A model generated the notes under the pieces. It had not been told where the DNA came from, made no database searches, and saw only the letters and a list, made by a program, of their open reading frames with translations. DNA of 64,000 bases from positions 1,116,001 to 1,180,000 of the forward strand of contig OZ059897.1 of NCBI GenBank assembly GCA_964057225.1, in the 5' to 3' direction. Made by a program: the position numbers and the translations under genes. Shown here in pieces: positions 38,979-53,000 of the stretch. Source of the DNA: Auanema rhodensis (Eukaryota > Animalia > Nematoda). Each line of letters opens with the position of its first letter. Within the stretch, counting starts at the first letter, position 1.

Positions 38979-41900
38979 TCACCCTGAAGAATTAATTTTT
39001 TCGTTGAATAACATTGTCCATCGTCTTCGCCTGTAAAAAAGAAATCTAAAAACATCTACTTTTGGTAAAATTATTTTGAAATTTTTCAGGAAAATTTTTG
39101 TCAAAATGTTTTTGGAATCAATGTTGAGTGTACATGGAAACTCAACATACACTAATGCAACATTTTTCAAATGATCATAACTAATTTTTGTATTGAGCGT
39201 TTCTTAATGTATTATAGTGCATTCGATACGGATTTTTAAGCTGCTTCGATCTGTGTTATCAGATTTGCGCTAGCAAAGAAATGCACCGAGATATCAACTG
39301 ATATAAGTTCACACTTATATCCTCGATTTTCACCCTGAAGAATTAATTTTTTCGTTGATTAACATTGTCCATCGTCTTTGCCTTGAAAAAAGGAATCTAA
39401 AAACATCTACTTTTTGGGAAATTATTTTGAAATTTTTTGGCAAAATTTTTGTCAAAATGTTTTTGGAAGCAATGTTGAGTGTACATGGAAACTCAACATA
39501 CACTAATGCATAATTTTTTAAACAATCATAACTAATTTTTGTATTGAGCGTTTCTTAATGTATTATAGTGCATTCGATGCGGATTTTTAAGCTGCGTCGA
39601 TCTGTCTTATCCGATTTGCGCTAGCTTAAAAATGCACCGAGATATCAACTGATATAAGTTCACACTTATATCCTCGATTTTCACCCTGAAGAATTAATTT
39701 TTTCGTTGATTAACATTGTCCATCGTCTTTGCCTTGAAAAAAGGAATCTAAAAACATCTACTTTTTGTGAAATTATTTTGAAATTTTTTGGCAAAATTTT
39801 TGTCAAAATGTTTTTGGAAGCAATGTTGAGTGTACATGGAAACTCAACATACACTAATGCATAATTTTTTAAACAATCATAACTAATTTTTGTATTGAGC
39901 GTTTCTTAATGTATTATAGTGCATTCGATGCGGATTTTTAAGCTGCGTCGATCTGTCTTATCCGATTTGCGCTAGCTTAAAAATGCACCGAGATATCAAC
40001 TGATATAAGTTCACACTTATATCCTCGATTTTCACCCTGAAGAATTAATTTTTTCGTTGATTAACATTGTCCATCGTCTTTGCCTTGAAAAAAGGAATCT
40101 AAAAACATCTACTTTTTGTGAAATTATTTTAAAATTTTTTGGCAAAATTTTTGTCAAAATGTTTTTGAAAGCAATGTTGAGTGTACATGGAAACTCAACA
40201 TACACTAATGCAACATTTTTCAAACGATCATAACTAATTTTTGTATTGAGCGTTTTTTAATGTATTATAGTGCATTCGATGCGGATTTTTAAGCTGCTTC
40301 GATCTGTGTTATCAGATTTGCGCTAGCTTAAAAATGCACCGAGATATCAACTGATATAAGTTCACACTTATATCCTCGATTTTCACCCTGAAGAATTAAT
40401 TTTTTCGTTGAATAACGTTGTCCATCGTCTTCGCCTTGAAAAAAGAAATCTAAAAACATCTACTTTTGGTAAAATTATTTTGAAGTTTTTCAGCAAAATT
40501 TTTGTCAAAATGTTTTTGGAATCAATGTTGAGTGTACATGGAAACTCAACATACACTAATGCAACATTTTTCAAACGATCATAACTAATTTTTGTATTGA
40601 GCGTTTCTTAATGTATTATAGTGCATTCGATGCGGATTTTTAAGCTGCTTCGATCTGTGTTATCAGATTTGCGCTAGCTTAAAAATGCACCGAGATATCA
40701 ACTGATATAAGTTCACACTTATATCCTCGATTTTCACCCTGATGAATTAATTTTTTCGTTGAATAACATTGTCCATCGTCTTCGCCTTGAAAAAAGAAAT
40801 CTAAAAACATCTACTTTTGGTAAAATTATTTTGAAATTTTTCAGGAAAATTTTTGTCAAAATGTTTTTGGAAGCAATGTTGAGTGTACATGGAAACTCAA
40901 CATACACTAATGCATCATTTTTCAAACAATCATAAATAATTTTTGTATTGAGCGTTTCTCAATGTAGTATAGTGCATTCGATGCGGATTTTTAAGCTGCT
41001 TCGATCTGTGTTATCAGATTTGCGCTAGCTTAAAAATGCACCGAGATATCAACTGATATAAGTTCACACTTATATCCTCGATTTTCACCCTGAAGAATTA
41101 ATTTTTTCGTTGAATAACATTGTCCATCGTCTTCGCCTGTAAAAAAGAAATCTAAAAACATCTACTTTTGGTAAAATTATTTTGAAATTTTTCAGGAAAA
41201 TTTTTGTCAAAATGTTTTTGGAATCAATGTTGAGTGTACATGGAAACTCAACATACACTAATGCAACATTTTTCAAATGATCATAACTAATTTTTGTATT
41301 GAGCGTTTCTTAATGTATTATAGTGCATTCGATACGGATTTTTAAGCTGCTTCGATCTGTGTTATCAGATTTGCGCTAGCAAAGAAATGCACCGAGATAT
41401 CAACTGATATAAGTTCACACTTATATCCTCGATTTTCACCCTGAAGAATTAATTTTTTCGTTGATTAACATTGTCCATCGTCTTTGCCTTGAAAAAAGGA
41501 ATCTAAAAACATCTACTTTTTGGGAAATTATTTTGAAATTTTTTGGCAAAATTTTTGTCAAAATGTTTTTGGAAGCAATGTTGAGTGTACATGGAAACTC
41601 AACATACACTAATGCATAATTTTTTAAACAATCATAACTAATTTTTGTATTGAGCGTTTCTTAATGTATTATAGTGCATTCGATGCGGATTTTTAAGCTG
41701 CGTCGATCTGTCTTATCCGATTTGCGCTAGCTTAAAAATGCACCGAGATATCAACTGATATAAGTTCACACTTATATCCTCGATTTTCACCCTGAAGAAT
41801 TAATTTTTTCGTTGATTAACATTGTCCATCGTCTTTGCCTTGAAAAAAGGAATCTAAAAACATCTACTTTTTGTGAAATTATTTTGAAATTTTTTGGCAA

Positions 41901-42488
41901 AATTTTTGTCAAAATGTTTTTGGAAGCAATGTTGAGTGTACATGGAAACTCAACATACACTAATGCATAATTTTTTAAACAATCATAACTAATTTTTGTA
42001 TTGAGCGTTTCTTAATGTATTATAGTGCATTCGATGCGGATTTTTAAGCTGCGTCGATCTGTCTTATCCGATTTGCGCTAGCTTAAAAATGCACCGAGAT
42101 ATCAACTGATATAAGTTCACACTTATATCCTCGATTTTCACCCTGAAGAATTAATTTTTTCGTTGATTAACATTGTCCATCGTCTTTGCCTTGAAAAAAG
42201 GAATCTAAAAACATCTACTTTTTGTGAAATTATTTTAAAATTTTTTGGCAAAATTTTTGTCAAAATGTTTTTGAAAGCAATGTTGAGTGTACATGGAAAC
42301 TCAACATACACTAATGCAACATTTTTCAAACGATCATAACTAATTTTTGTATTGAGCGTTTTTTAATGTATTATAGTGCATTCGATGCGGATTTTTAAGC
42401 TGCTTCGATCTGTGTTATCAGATTTGCGCTAGCTTAAAAATGCACCGAGATATCAACTGATATAAGTTCACACTTATATCCTCGATTT
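38277..42488. repeat. 6-mer tandem duplication (2,106 bp) present only in large-duplication copy 1
   Basis: Units 38277/38628/38979/40032 recur at 40383/40734/41085/42138. There is a single copy at 54702-56807. Confidence 0.9.
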
Positions 42489-43892
42489 TCACCATGAAGA
42501 ATTAATTTTTTCGTTGATTAACATTGTCCATCGTCTTTGCCTTGAAAAAAGGAATCTAAAAACATCTACTTTTTGTGAAATTATTTTAAAATTTTTTGGC
42601 AAAATTTTTGTCAAAATGTTTTTGAAAGCAATGTTGAGTGTACATGGAAACTCAACATACACTAATGCAACATTTTTCAAACGATCATAACTAATTTTTG
42701 TATTGAGCGTTTTTTAATGTATTATAGTGCATTCGATGCGGATTTTTAAGCTGCTTCGATCTGTGTTATCAGATTTGCGCTAGCTTAAAAATGCACCGAG
42801 ATATCAACTGATATAAGTTCACACTTATATCCTCGATTTTCACCATGAAGAATTAATTTTTTCGTTGATTAACATTGTCCATCGTCTTTGCCTTGTAAAA
42901 AGGAATCTAAAAACATCTACTTTTTGTGAAATTATTTTGAATTTTTTTGGCAAAATTTTTGTCAAAATGTTTTTGAAAGCAATGTTGAGTGTACATGGAA
43001 ACTCAACATACACTAATGCAACATTTTTCAAACGATCATAACTAATTTTTGTATTGAGCGTTTTTTAATGTATTATAGTGCATTCGATGCGGATTTTTAA
43101 GCTGCTTCGATCTGTGTTATCAGATTTGCGCTAGCTTAAAAATGCACCGAGATATCAACTGATATAAGTTCACACTTATATCCTCGATTTTCACCATGAA
43201 GAATTAATTTTTTCGTTGATTAACATTGTCCATCGTCTTTGCCTTGAAAAAAGGAATCTAAAAACATCTACTTTTTGTGAAATTATTTTAAAATTTTTTG
43301 GCAAAATTTTTGTCAAAATGTTTTTGAAAGCAATGTTGAGTGTACATGGAAACTCAACATACACTAATGCAACATTTTTCAAACGATCATAACTAATTTT
43401 TGTATTGAGCGTTTTTTAATGTATTATAGTGCATTCGATGCGGATTTTTAAGCTGCTTCGATCTGTGTTATCAGATTTGCGCTAGCTTAAAAATGCACCG
43501 AGATATCAACTGATATAAGTTCACACTTATATCCTCGATTTTCACCATGAAGAATTAATTTTTTCGTTGATTAACATTGTCCATCGTCTTTGCCTTGTAA
43601 AAAGGAATCTAAAAACATCTACTTTTTGTGAAATTATTTTGAATTTTTTTGGCAAAATTTTTGTCAAAATGTTTTTGAAAGCAATGTTGAGTGTACATGG
43701 AAACTCAACATACACTAATGCAACATTTTTCAAACGATCATAACTAATTTTTGTATTGAGCGTTTTTTAATGTATTATAGTGCATTCGATGCGGATTTTT
43801 AAGCTGCTTCGATCTGTGTTATCAGATTTGCGCTAGCTTAAAAATGCACCGAGATATCAACTGATATAAGTTCACACTTATATCCTCGATTT
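42489..43892. repeat. 2-mer tandem duplication (702 bp) present only in copy 1
   Basis: 42489/42840 match 43191/43542. There is a single copy at 56808/57159. Confidence 0.85.
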
Positions 43893-44040
43893 TCACCCTG
43901 AAGAATTAATTTTTTCGTTGATTAACATTGTCCATCGTCTTTGCCTTGTAAAAAGGAATCTAAAAACATCTACTTTTTGTGAAATTATTTTGAAATTTTT
44001 TGGCAAAATTTTTGTCAAAATGTTTTTGGAAGCAATGTTG

Positions 44041-47000
44041 AGTGTACATGGAAACTCAACATACACTAATGCATCATTTTTCAAACAATCATAAATAATT
44101 TTTGTATTGAGCGTTTCTCAATGTGGTATAGTGCATTCGAAACAAATGTTTAAGCTGCGTCGATCTGTGTTTTCAGATTTGCGCTAGCTTAAAAATGCAC
44201 CGAGATATCAACTGATATAAGTTCACACTTATATCCTCGATTTTCACCCTAAAGAATTAATTTTTTCGTTGAATAACATTGTCCATCGTTTTCGCCTTGA
44301 AAAAAGGAATTTAAAAACATCTACTCTTCGTTAAATTATCTTGAAATTTTTCGGGAAAATTTTTGTCAAAATGTTTTTGGAAGCAATGTTGAGTGTACAT
44401 GGAAACTCAACATACACTAATGCATCATTTTTCAAACAATCATAAATAATTTTTGTATTGAGCGTTTCTCAATGTGGTATAGTGCATTCGAAACAAATGT
44501 TTAAGCTGCGTCGATCTGTGTTATCAGATTTGCGCTAGCTTAAAAATGCACCGAGATATCAACTGATATAAGTTCACACTTGTATCCTCGATTTTCACCC
44601 TGAAGAATTAATTTTTTCGTTGAATAATAATGTCCATCGTCTTAGCCTTGAAAAAAGGAATCTAAAAACTTCTACTCTTCGTTAAATTAGCTTGAAATTT
44701 TTCGGAAAAATTTTTGTCAAAATGTTTTTGGAAGCAATGTTGAGTGTACATGGAAACTCAACATACAATAATGCATCATTTTTCAAACAATCATAAATAA
44801 TTTTTGTATTGAGCGTTATTCAATGTAGTATAGTGCATTCGATGCGGATTTTTAAGCTGCTTCGATCTGTGTTATCAGATTTGCGCTAGCTTAGAAATGC
44901 ACCGAGATATCAACTGATATAAGTTCACACTTATATCCTCGATTTTCACCCTGAAGAATTAATTTTTTCGTTGAATAATAATGTCCATCGTCTTTGCCTT
45001 GAAAAAAGGAATCTAAAAACTTCTACTCTTCGTTAAATTATCTTGAAATTTTTCGGAAAAATTTTTGTCAAAATGTTTTTGGAAGCAATGTTGAGTGTAC
45101 ATGGAAACTCAACATACAATAATGCATCATTTTTCAAACAATCATAAATAATTTTTGTATTGAGCGTTATTCAATGTAGTATAGTGCATTCGATGCGGAT
45201 TTTTAAGCTGCTTCGATCTGTGTTATCAGATTTGCGCTAGCTTAGAAATGCACCGAGATATCAACTGATATAAGTTCACACTTATATCCTCGATTTTCAC
45301 CCTGAAGAATTAATTTTTTCGTTGAATAATAATGTCCATCGTCTTTGCCTTGAAAAAAGGAATCTAAAAACTTCTACTCTTCGTTAAATTATCTTGAAAT
45401 TTTTCGGGAAAATTTTTGTCAAAATGTTTTTGGAAGCAATGTTGAGTATACATGGAAACTCAACATACACTAATGCATCATTTTTCAAACAATCATAAAT
45501 AATTTTTGTATTGAGCGTTTCTCAATGTGGTATAGTGCATTCGAAACAAATGTTTAAGCTGCGTCGATCTGTGTTATCAGATTTGCGCTAGCTTAAAAAT
45601 GCACCGAGATATCAACTGATATAAGTTCACACTTATATCCTCGATTTTCACCCTGAAGAATTAATTTTTTCGTTGAATAATAATGTCCATCGTCTTCGCC
45701 TTGAAATATGGAATCTAAAAACTTCTACTCTTCGTTAAATTATCTTGAAATTTTTCGGGAAAATTTTTGTCAAAATGTTTTTGGAAGCAATGTTGAGTGT
45801 ACATGGAAACTCAACATACACTAATGCATCATTTTTCAAACAATCATAAATAATTTTTGTATTGAGCGTTTCTCAATGTGGTATAGTGCATTCGAAACAA
45901 ATGTTTAAGCTGCGTCGATCTGTGTTTTCAGATTTGCGCTAGCTTAAAAATGCACCGAGATATCAACTGATATAAGTTCACACTTATATCCTCGATTTTC
46001 ACCCTAAAGAATTAATTTTTTCGTTGAATAACATTGTCCATCGTTTTCGCCTTGAAAAAAGGAATTTAAAAACATCTACTCTTCGTTAAATTATCTTGAA
46101 ATTTTTCGGGAAAATTTTTGTCAAAATGTTTTTGGAAGCAATGTTGAGTGTACATGGAAACTCAACATACACTAATGCATCATTTTTCAAACAATCATAA
46201 ATAATTTTTGTATTGAGCGTTTCTCAATGTGGTATAGTGCATTCGAAACAAATGTTTAAGCTGCGTCGATCTGTGTTTTCAGATTTGCGCTAGCTTAAAA
46301 ATGCACCGAGATATCAACTGATATAAGTTCACACTTGTATCCTCGATTTTCACCCTGAAGAATTAATTTTTTCGTTGAATAATAATGTCCATCATCTTAG
46401 CCTTGAAAAAAGGAATCTAAAAACTTCTACTCTTCGTTAAATTAGCTTGAAATTTTTCGGAAAAATTTTTGTCAAAATGTTTTTGGAAGCAATGTTGAGT
46501 GTACATGGAAACTCAACATACAATAATGCATCATTTTTCAAACAATCATAAATAATTTTTGTATTGAGCGTTATTCAATGTAGTATAGTGCATTCGATGC
46601 GGATTTTTAAGCTGCTTCGATCTGTGTTATCAGATTTGCGCTAGCTTAGAAATGCACCGAGATATCAACTGATATAAGTTCACACTTATATCCTCGATTT
46701 TCACCCTGAAGAATTAATTTTTTCGTTGAATAATAATGTCCATCGTCTTTGCCTTGAAAAAAGGAATCTAAAAACTTCTACTCTTCGTTAAATTATCTTG
46801 AAATTTTTCGGGAAAATTTTTGTCAAAATGTTTTTGGAAGCAATGTTGAGTATACATGGAAACTCAACATACACTAATGCATCATTTTTCAAACAATCAT
46901 AAATAATTTTTGTATTGAGCGTTTCTCAATGTGGTATAGTGCATTCGAAACAAATGTTTAAGCTGCGTCGATCTGTGTTATCAGATTTGCGCTAGCTTAA

Positions 47001-50000
47001 AAATGCACCGAGATATCAACTGATATAAGTTCACACTTATATCCTCGATTTTCACCCTGAAGAATTAATTTTTTCGTTGAATAATAATGTCCATCGTCTT
47101 CGCCTTGAAATATGGAATCTAAAAACTTCTACTCTTCGTTAAATTATCTTGAAATTTTTCGGGAAAATTTTTGTCAAAATGTTTTTGGAAGCAATGTTGA
47201 GTGTACATGGAAACTCAACATACACTAATGCATCATTTTTCAAACAATCATAAATAATTTTTGTATTGAGCGTTTCTCGATGTGGTATAGTGCATTCGAA
47301 ACAAATGTTTAAGCTGCGTCGATCTGTGTTATCAGATTTGCGCTAGCTTAAAAATGCACCGAGATATCAACTGATATAAGTTCACACTTATATCCTCGAT
47401 TTTCACCCTAAAGAATTAATTTTTTCGTTGAATAACATTGTCCATCGTTTTCGCCTTGAAAAAAGGAATTTAAAAACATCTACTCTTCGTTAAATTATCT
47501 TGAAATTTTTCGGGAAAATTTTTGTCAAAATGTTTTTGGAAGCAATGTTGAGTGAACATGGAAACTCAACATACACTAATGCATCATTTTTCAAACAATC
47601 ATAAATAATTTTTGTATTGAGCGTTTCTCAATGTGGTATAGTGCATTCGAAACAAATGTTTAAGCTGCGTCGATCTGTGTTATCAGATTTGCGCTAGCTT
47701 AAAAATGCACCGAGATATCAACTGATATAAGTTCACACTTGTATCCTCGATTTTCACCCTGAAGAATTAATTTTTTCGTTGAATAATAATGTCCATCGTC
47801 TTCGCCTTGAAAAAAGGAATCTAAAAACTTCTACTCTTCGTTAAATTATCTTGAAATTTTTCGGAAAAATTTTTGTCAAAATGTTTTTGGAAGCAATGTT
47901 GAGTGTACATGGAAACTCAACATACAATAATGCATCATTTTTCAAACAATCATAAATAATTTTTGTATTGAGCGTTATTCAATGTAGTATAGTGCATTCG
48001 ATGCGGATTTTTAAGCTGCTTCGATCTGTGTTATCAGATTTGCGCTAGCTTAGAAATGCACCGAGATATCAACTGATATAAGTTCACACTTATATCCTCG
48101 ATTTTCACCCTGAAGAATTAATTTTTTCGTTGAATAACATTGTCCATCGTCTTCGCCTTGAAAAAAGGAATCTAAAAACTTCTACTCTTCGTTAAATTAT
48201 CTTGAAATTTTTCGGAAAAATTTTTGTCAAAATGTTTTTGGAAGCAATGTTGAGTGTACATGGAAACTCAACATACAATAATGCATCATTTTTCAAACAA
48301 TCATAAATAATTTTTGTATTGAGCGTTATTCAATGTAGTATAGTGCATTCGATGCGGATTTTTAAGCTGCTTCGATCTGTGTTATCAGATTTGCGCTAGC
48401 TTAGAAATGCACCGAGATATCAACTGATATAAGTTCACACTTATATCCTCGATTTTCACCATGAAGAATTAATTTTTTCGTTGAATAACATTGTCCATCG
48501 TCTTTGCCTTGAAAAAAGGAATCCAAACACATATAATTTTCGTGAAATTATTTTGAAATTTTTCGGGAAAATTTTTGTCAAAATGTTTTTGGAAGCAATG
48601 TTGAGTGTACATGGAAACTCAACATACACTAATGCATCATTTTTCAAACGATCATAACTAATTTTTGTATTGAGCGTTTCTTAAAGTATTATAGTGCATT
48701 CGATGCGGATTTTTAAGCTGCGTCGATCTGTCTTATCCGATTTGCGCTAGCTTAAAAATGCACCGAGATATCAACTGATATAAGTTCACACTTATATCCT
48801 CGATTTTCACCCTGAAGAATTAATTTTTTCGTTGAATAACATTGTCCATCGTCTTTGCCTTGAAAAAAGAAATCTAAAAACATCTACTTTTCGTAAAATT
48901 ATCTTGAAATTTTTCAGGAAAATTTTTGTCAAAATGTTTTTGGAAGCAATGTTGAGTGTACATGGAAACTCAACATACACTAATGCATCATTTTTCAAAC
49001 AATCATAAATAATTTTTGTATTGAGCGTTTCTCAATGTAGTATAGTGCATTCGAAACGGATTTTTAAGCTGCGTCGATCTGTGTTATCAGATTTGCGCTA
49101 GCTTAAAAATGCACCGAGATATCAACTGATATAAGTTCACACTTATATCCTCGATTTTCACCCTGAAGAATTAATTTTTTCGTTGAATAACATTGTCCAT
49201 CGTTTTCGCCTCGAAAAAAGGAATCTAAAAACATCTACTCTTCGTTAAATTATCTTGAAATTTTTCGGGAAAATTTTTGTCAAAATGTTTTTGAAAGCAA
49301 TGTTGAGTGTACATGGAAACTCAACATACACTAATGCATCATTTTTCAAACAATCATAAATAATTTTTGTATTGAGCGTTATTCAATGTAGTATAGTGCA
49401 TTCGATGCGGATTTTTAAGCTGCTTCGATCTGTGTTATCAGATTTGCGCTAGCTTAGAAATGCACCGAGATATCAACTGATATAAGTTCACACTTATATC
49501 CTCGATTTTCACCCTGAAGAATTAATTTTTTCGTTGAATAACATTGTCCATCGTCTTCGCCTTGAAAAAAGGAATCTAAAAACTTCTACTCTTCGTTAAA
49601 TTATCTTGAAATTTTTCGGAAAAAGTTTTGTCAAAATGTTTTTGGAAGCAATGTTGAGTGTACATGGAAACTCAACATACAATAATGCATCATTTTTCAA
49701 ACAATCATAAATAATTTTTGTATTGAGCGTTATTCAATGTAGTATAGTGCATTCGATGCGGATTTTTAAGCTGCTTCGATCTGTGTTATCAGATTTGCGC
49801 TAGCTTAGAAATGCACCGAGATATCAACTGATATAAGTTCACACTTATATCCTCGATTTTCACCATGAAGAATTAATTTTTTCGTTGAATAACATTGTCC
49901 ATCGTCTTTGCCTTGAAAAAAGGAATCCAAACACATATAATTTTCGTGAAATTATTTTGAAATTTTTCGGGAAAATTTTTGTCAAAATGTTTTTGGAAGC

Positions 50001-53000
50001 AATGTTGAGTGTACATGGAAACTCAACATACACTAATGCATCATTTTTCAAACGATCATAACTAATTTTTGTATTGAGCGTTTCTTAAAGTATTATAGTG
50101 CATTCGATGCGGATTTTTAAGCTGCGTCGATCTGTCTTATCCGATTTGCGCTAGCTTAAAAATGCACCGAGATATCAACTGATATAAGTTCACACTTATA
50201 TCCTCGATTTTCACCCTGAAGAATTAATTTTTTCGTTGAATAACATTGTCCATCGTCTTTGCCTTGAAAAAAGAAATCTAAAAACATCTACTTTTCGTAA
50301 AATTATCTTGAAATTTTTCAGGAAAATTTTTGTCAAAATGTTTTTGGAAGCAATGTTGAGTGTACATGGAAACTCAACATACACTAATGCATCATTTTTC
50401 AAACAATCATAAATAATTTTTGTATTGAGCGTTTCTCAATGTAGTATAGTGCATTCGAAACGGATTTTTAAGCTGCGTCGATCTGTGTTATCAGATTTGC
50501 GCTAGCTTAAAAATGCACCGAGATATCAACTGATATAAGTTCACACTTATATCCTCGATTTTCACCCTGAAGAATTAATTTTTTCGTTGAATAACATTGT
50601 CCATCGTTTTCGCCTCGAAAAAAGGAATCTAAAAACTTCTACTCTTCGTTAAATTATCTTGAAATTTTTCGGGAAAATTTTTGTCAAAATGTTTTTGAAA
50701 GCAATGTTGAGTGTACATGGAAACTCAACATACACTAATGCATCATTTTTCAAACAATCATAAATAATTTTTGTATTGAGCGTTTCTTAATGTATCATAG
50801 TGCATTCGATGCGGATTCTTAAGCTGCTTCGATCTGTGTTATCAGATTTGCGCTAGCTTAAAAATGCACCAAGATATCAACTGATATAAGTTCACACTTA
50901 TATCCTCGATTTTCACCCTGAAGAATTAATTTTTTCGTTGAATAACATTGTCCATCGTCTTTGCCTTGAAAAAAGGAATCCAAACACATCTACTTTTCGT
51001 GAAATTATTTTGAAATTTTTCGGGAAAATTTTTGTCAAAATGTTTTTGGAAGCAATGTTGAGTGTACATGGAAACTCAACATACACTAATGCATCATTTT
51101 TCAAACAATCATAAATAATTTTTGTATTGAGCGTTTCTCAATGTAGTATAGTGCATTCGATGCGGATTTTTAAGCTGCGTCGATCTGTCTTATCCGATTT
51201 GCGCTAGCTTAAAAATGCACCGAGATATCAACTGATATAAGTTCACACTTATATCCTCGATTTTCACCCTGAAGAATTAATTTTTTCGTTAAATAACATT
51301 GTCCATCGTCTTCGCCTTGAAAAAAGAAATCTAAAAACATCTACTTTTCGTAAAATTATCTTGAAATTTTTCAGGAAAATTTTTGTCAAAATGTTTTTGG
51401 AAGCAATGTTAAGTGTACATGGAAACTCAACATACACTAATACATCATTTTTCAAACGATCATAACTTATTTTTGTATTGAGCGTTTCTTAATGTATTAT
51501 AGTGCATTCGATGCGGATTTTTAAACTGCGTCGATCTGTCTTATCCGATTTGCGCTAGCTTAAAAATGCACCAAGATATCAACTGATATAAGTTCACACT
51601 TATATCCTCGATTTTCACCCTGAAGAATTAATTTTTTCGTTGATTAACATTGTCCATCGTTTTTGCCTTGAAAAAGAAATCTAAAAACATCTACTTTTCG
51701 TAAAATTATCTTGAATTTTTTCAGGAAAATTTTTGTCAAAATGTTTTTGGAAGCAATGTTAAGTGTACATGGAAACTCAACATACACTAATGCATCATTT
51801 TTCAAACGATCATAACTTATTTTTGTATTGAGCGTTTCTTAATGTATTATAGTGCATTCGATGCGGATTTTTAAGCTGCGTCGATCTGTCTTATCAGATT
51901 TGCGCTAGCTTAAAAATGCACCAAGATATCAACTGATATAAGTTCACACTTATATCCTCGATTTTCACCCTGAAGAATTAATTTTTTCGTTGATTAACAT
52001 TGTCCATCGTCTTTGCCTTGAAAAAAGGAATCTAAAAACATCTACTTTTTGTCAAAATGTTTTTGAAAGCAATGTTGAGTGTACATGGAAACTCAACATA
52101 CACTAATGCAACATTTTTCAAACGATCATAACTAATTTTTGTATTGAGCGTTTCTTAATGTATTATAGTGCATTCGATGCGGATTTTTAAGCTGCTTCGA
52201 TCTGTGTTATCAGATTTGCGCTAGCTTAAAAATGCACCGAGATATCAACTGATATAAGTTCACACTTATATCCTCGATTTTCACCCTGAAGAATTAATTT
52301 TTTCGTTGAATAACATTGTCCATCGTCTTCGCCTTGAAAAAAGAAATCTAAAAACATCTACTTTTGGTAAAATTATTTTGAAATTTTTCAGCAAAATTTT
52401 TGTCAAAATGTTTTTGGAATCAATGTTGAGTGTACATGGAAACTCAACATACACTAATGCAACATTTTTCAAACGATCATAACTAATTTTTGTATTGAGC
52501 GTTTCTTAATGTATTATAGTGCATTCGATGCGGATTTTTAAGCTGCTTCGATCTGTGTTATCAGATTTGCGCTAGCTTAAAAATGCACCGAGATATCAAC
52601 TGATATAAGTTCACACTTATATCCTCGATTTTCACCCTGATGAATTAATTTTTTCGTTGAATAACATTGTCCATCGTCTTCGCCTTGAAAAAAGAAATCT
52701 AAAAACATCTACTTTTTGTAAAATTATCTTGAAATTTTTCGGGAAAATTTTTGTCAAAATGTTTTTGGAAGCAATGTTGAGTGTACATGGAAACTCAACA
52801 TACACTAATGCATCATTTTTCAAACAATCATAAATAATTTTTGTATTGAGCGTTTCTCAATGTAGTATAGTGCATTCGAAACGGATTTTTAAGCTGCGTC
52901 GATCTGTGTTATCAGATTTGCGCTAGCTTAAAAATGCACCGAGATATCAACTGATATAAGTTCACACTTATATCCTCGATTTTCACCCTGAAGAATTAAT

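Larger units (their letters stand above)
27264..44040. repeat. Large tandem segmental duplication, copy 1 (48 monomers, 16,776 bp)
   Basis: The order of rare variants matches copy 2. The offset is 16,776 at the start (27468 to 44244) and 16,425 afterwards (32031 to 48456, 35621 to 52046, 38042 to 54467). Confidence 0.9.
32031..44040. repeat. Subfamily domain C (with interspersed B-like monomers)
   Basis: Markers are TTTCAGGAAA, CCATGAAG, GATTAAC, TGGCAAAA, ATGCAACAT and the 35-bp-deleted monomers. Confidence 0.8.
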
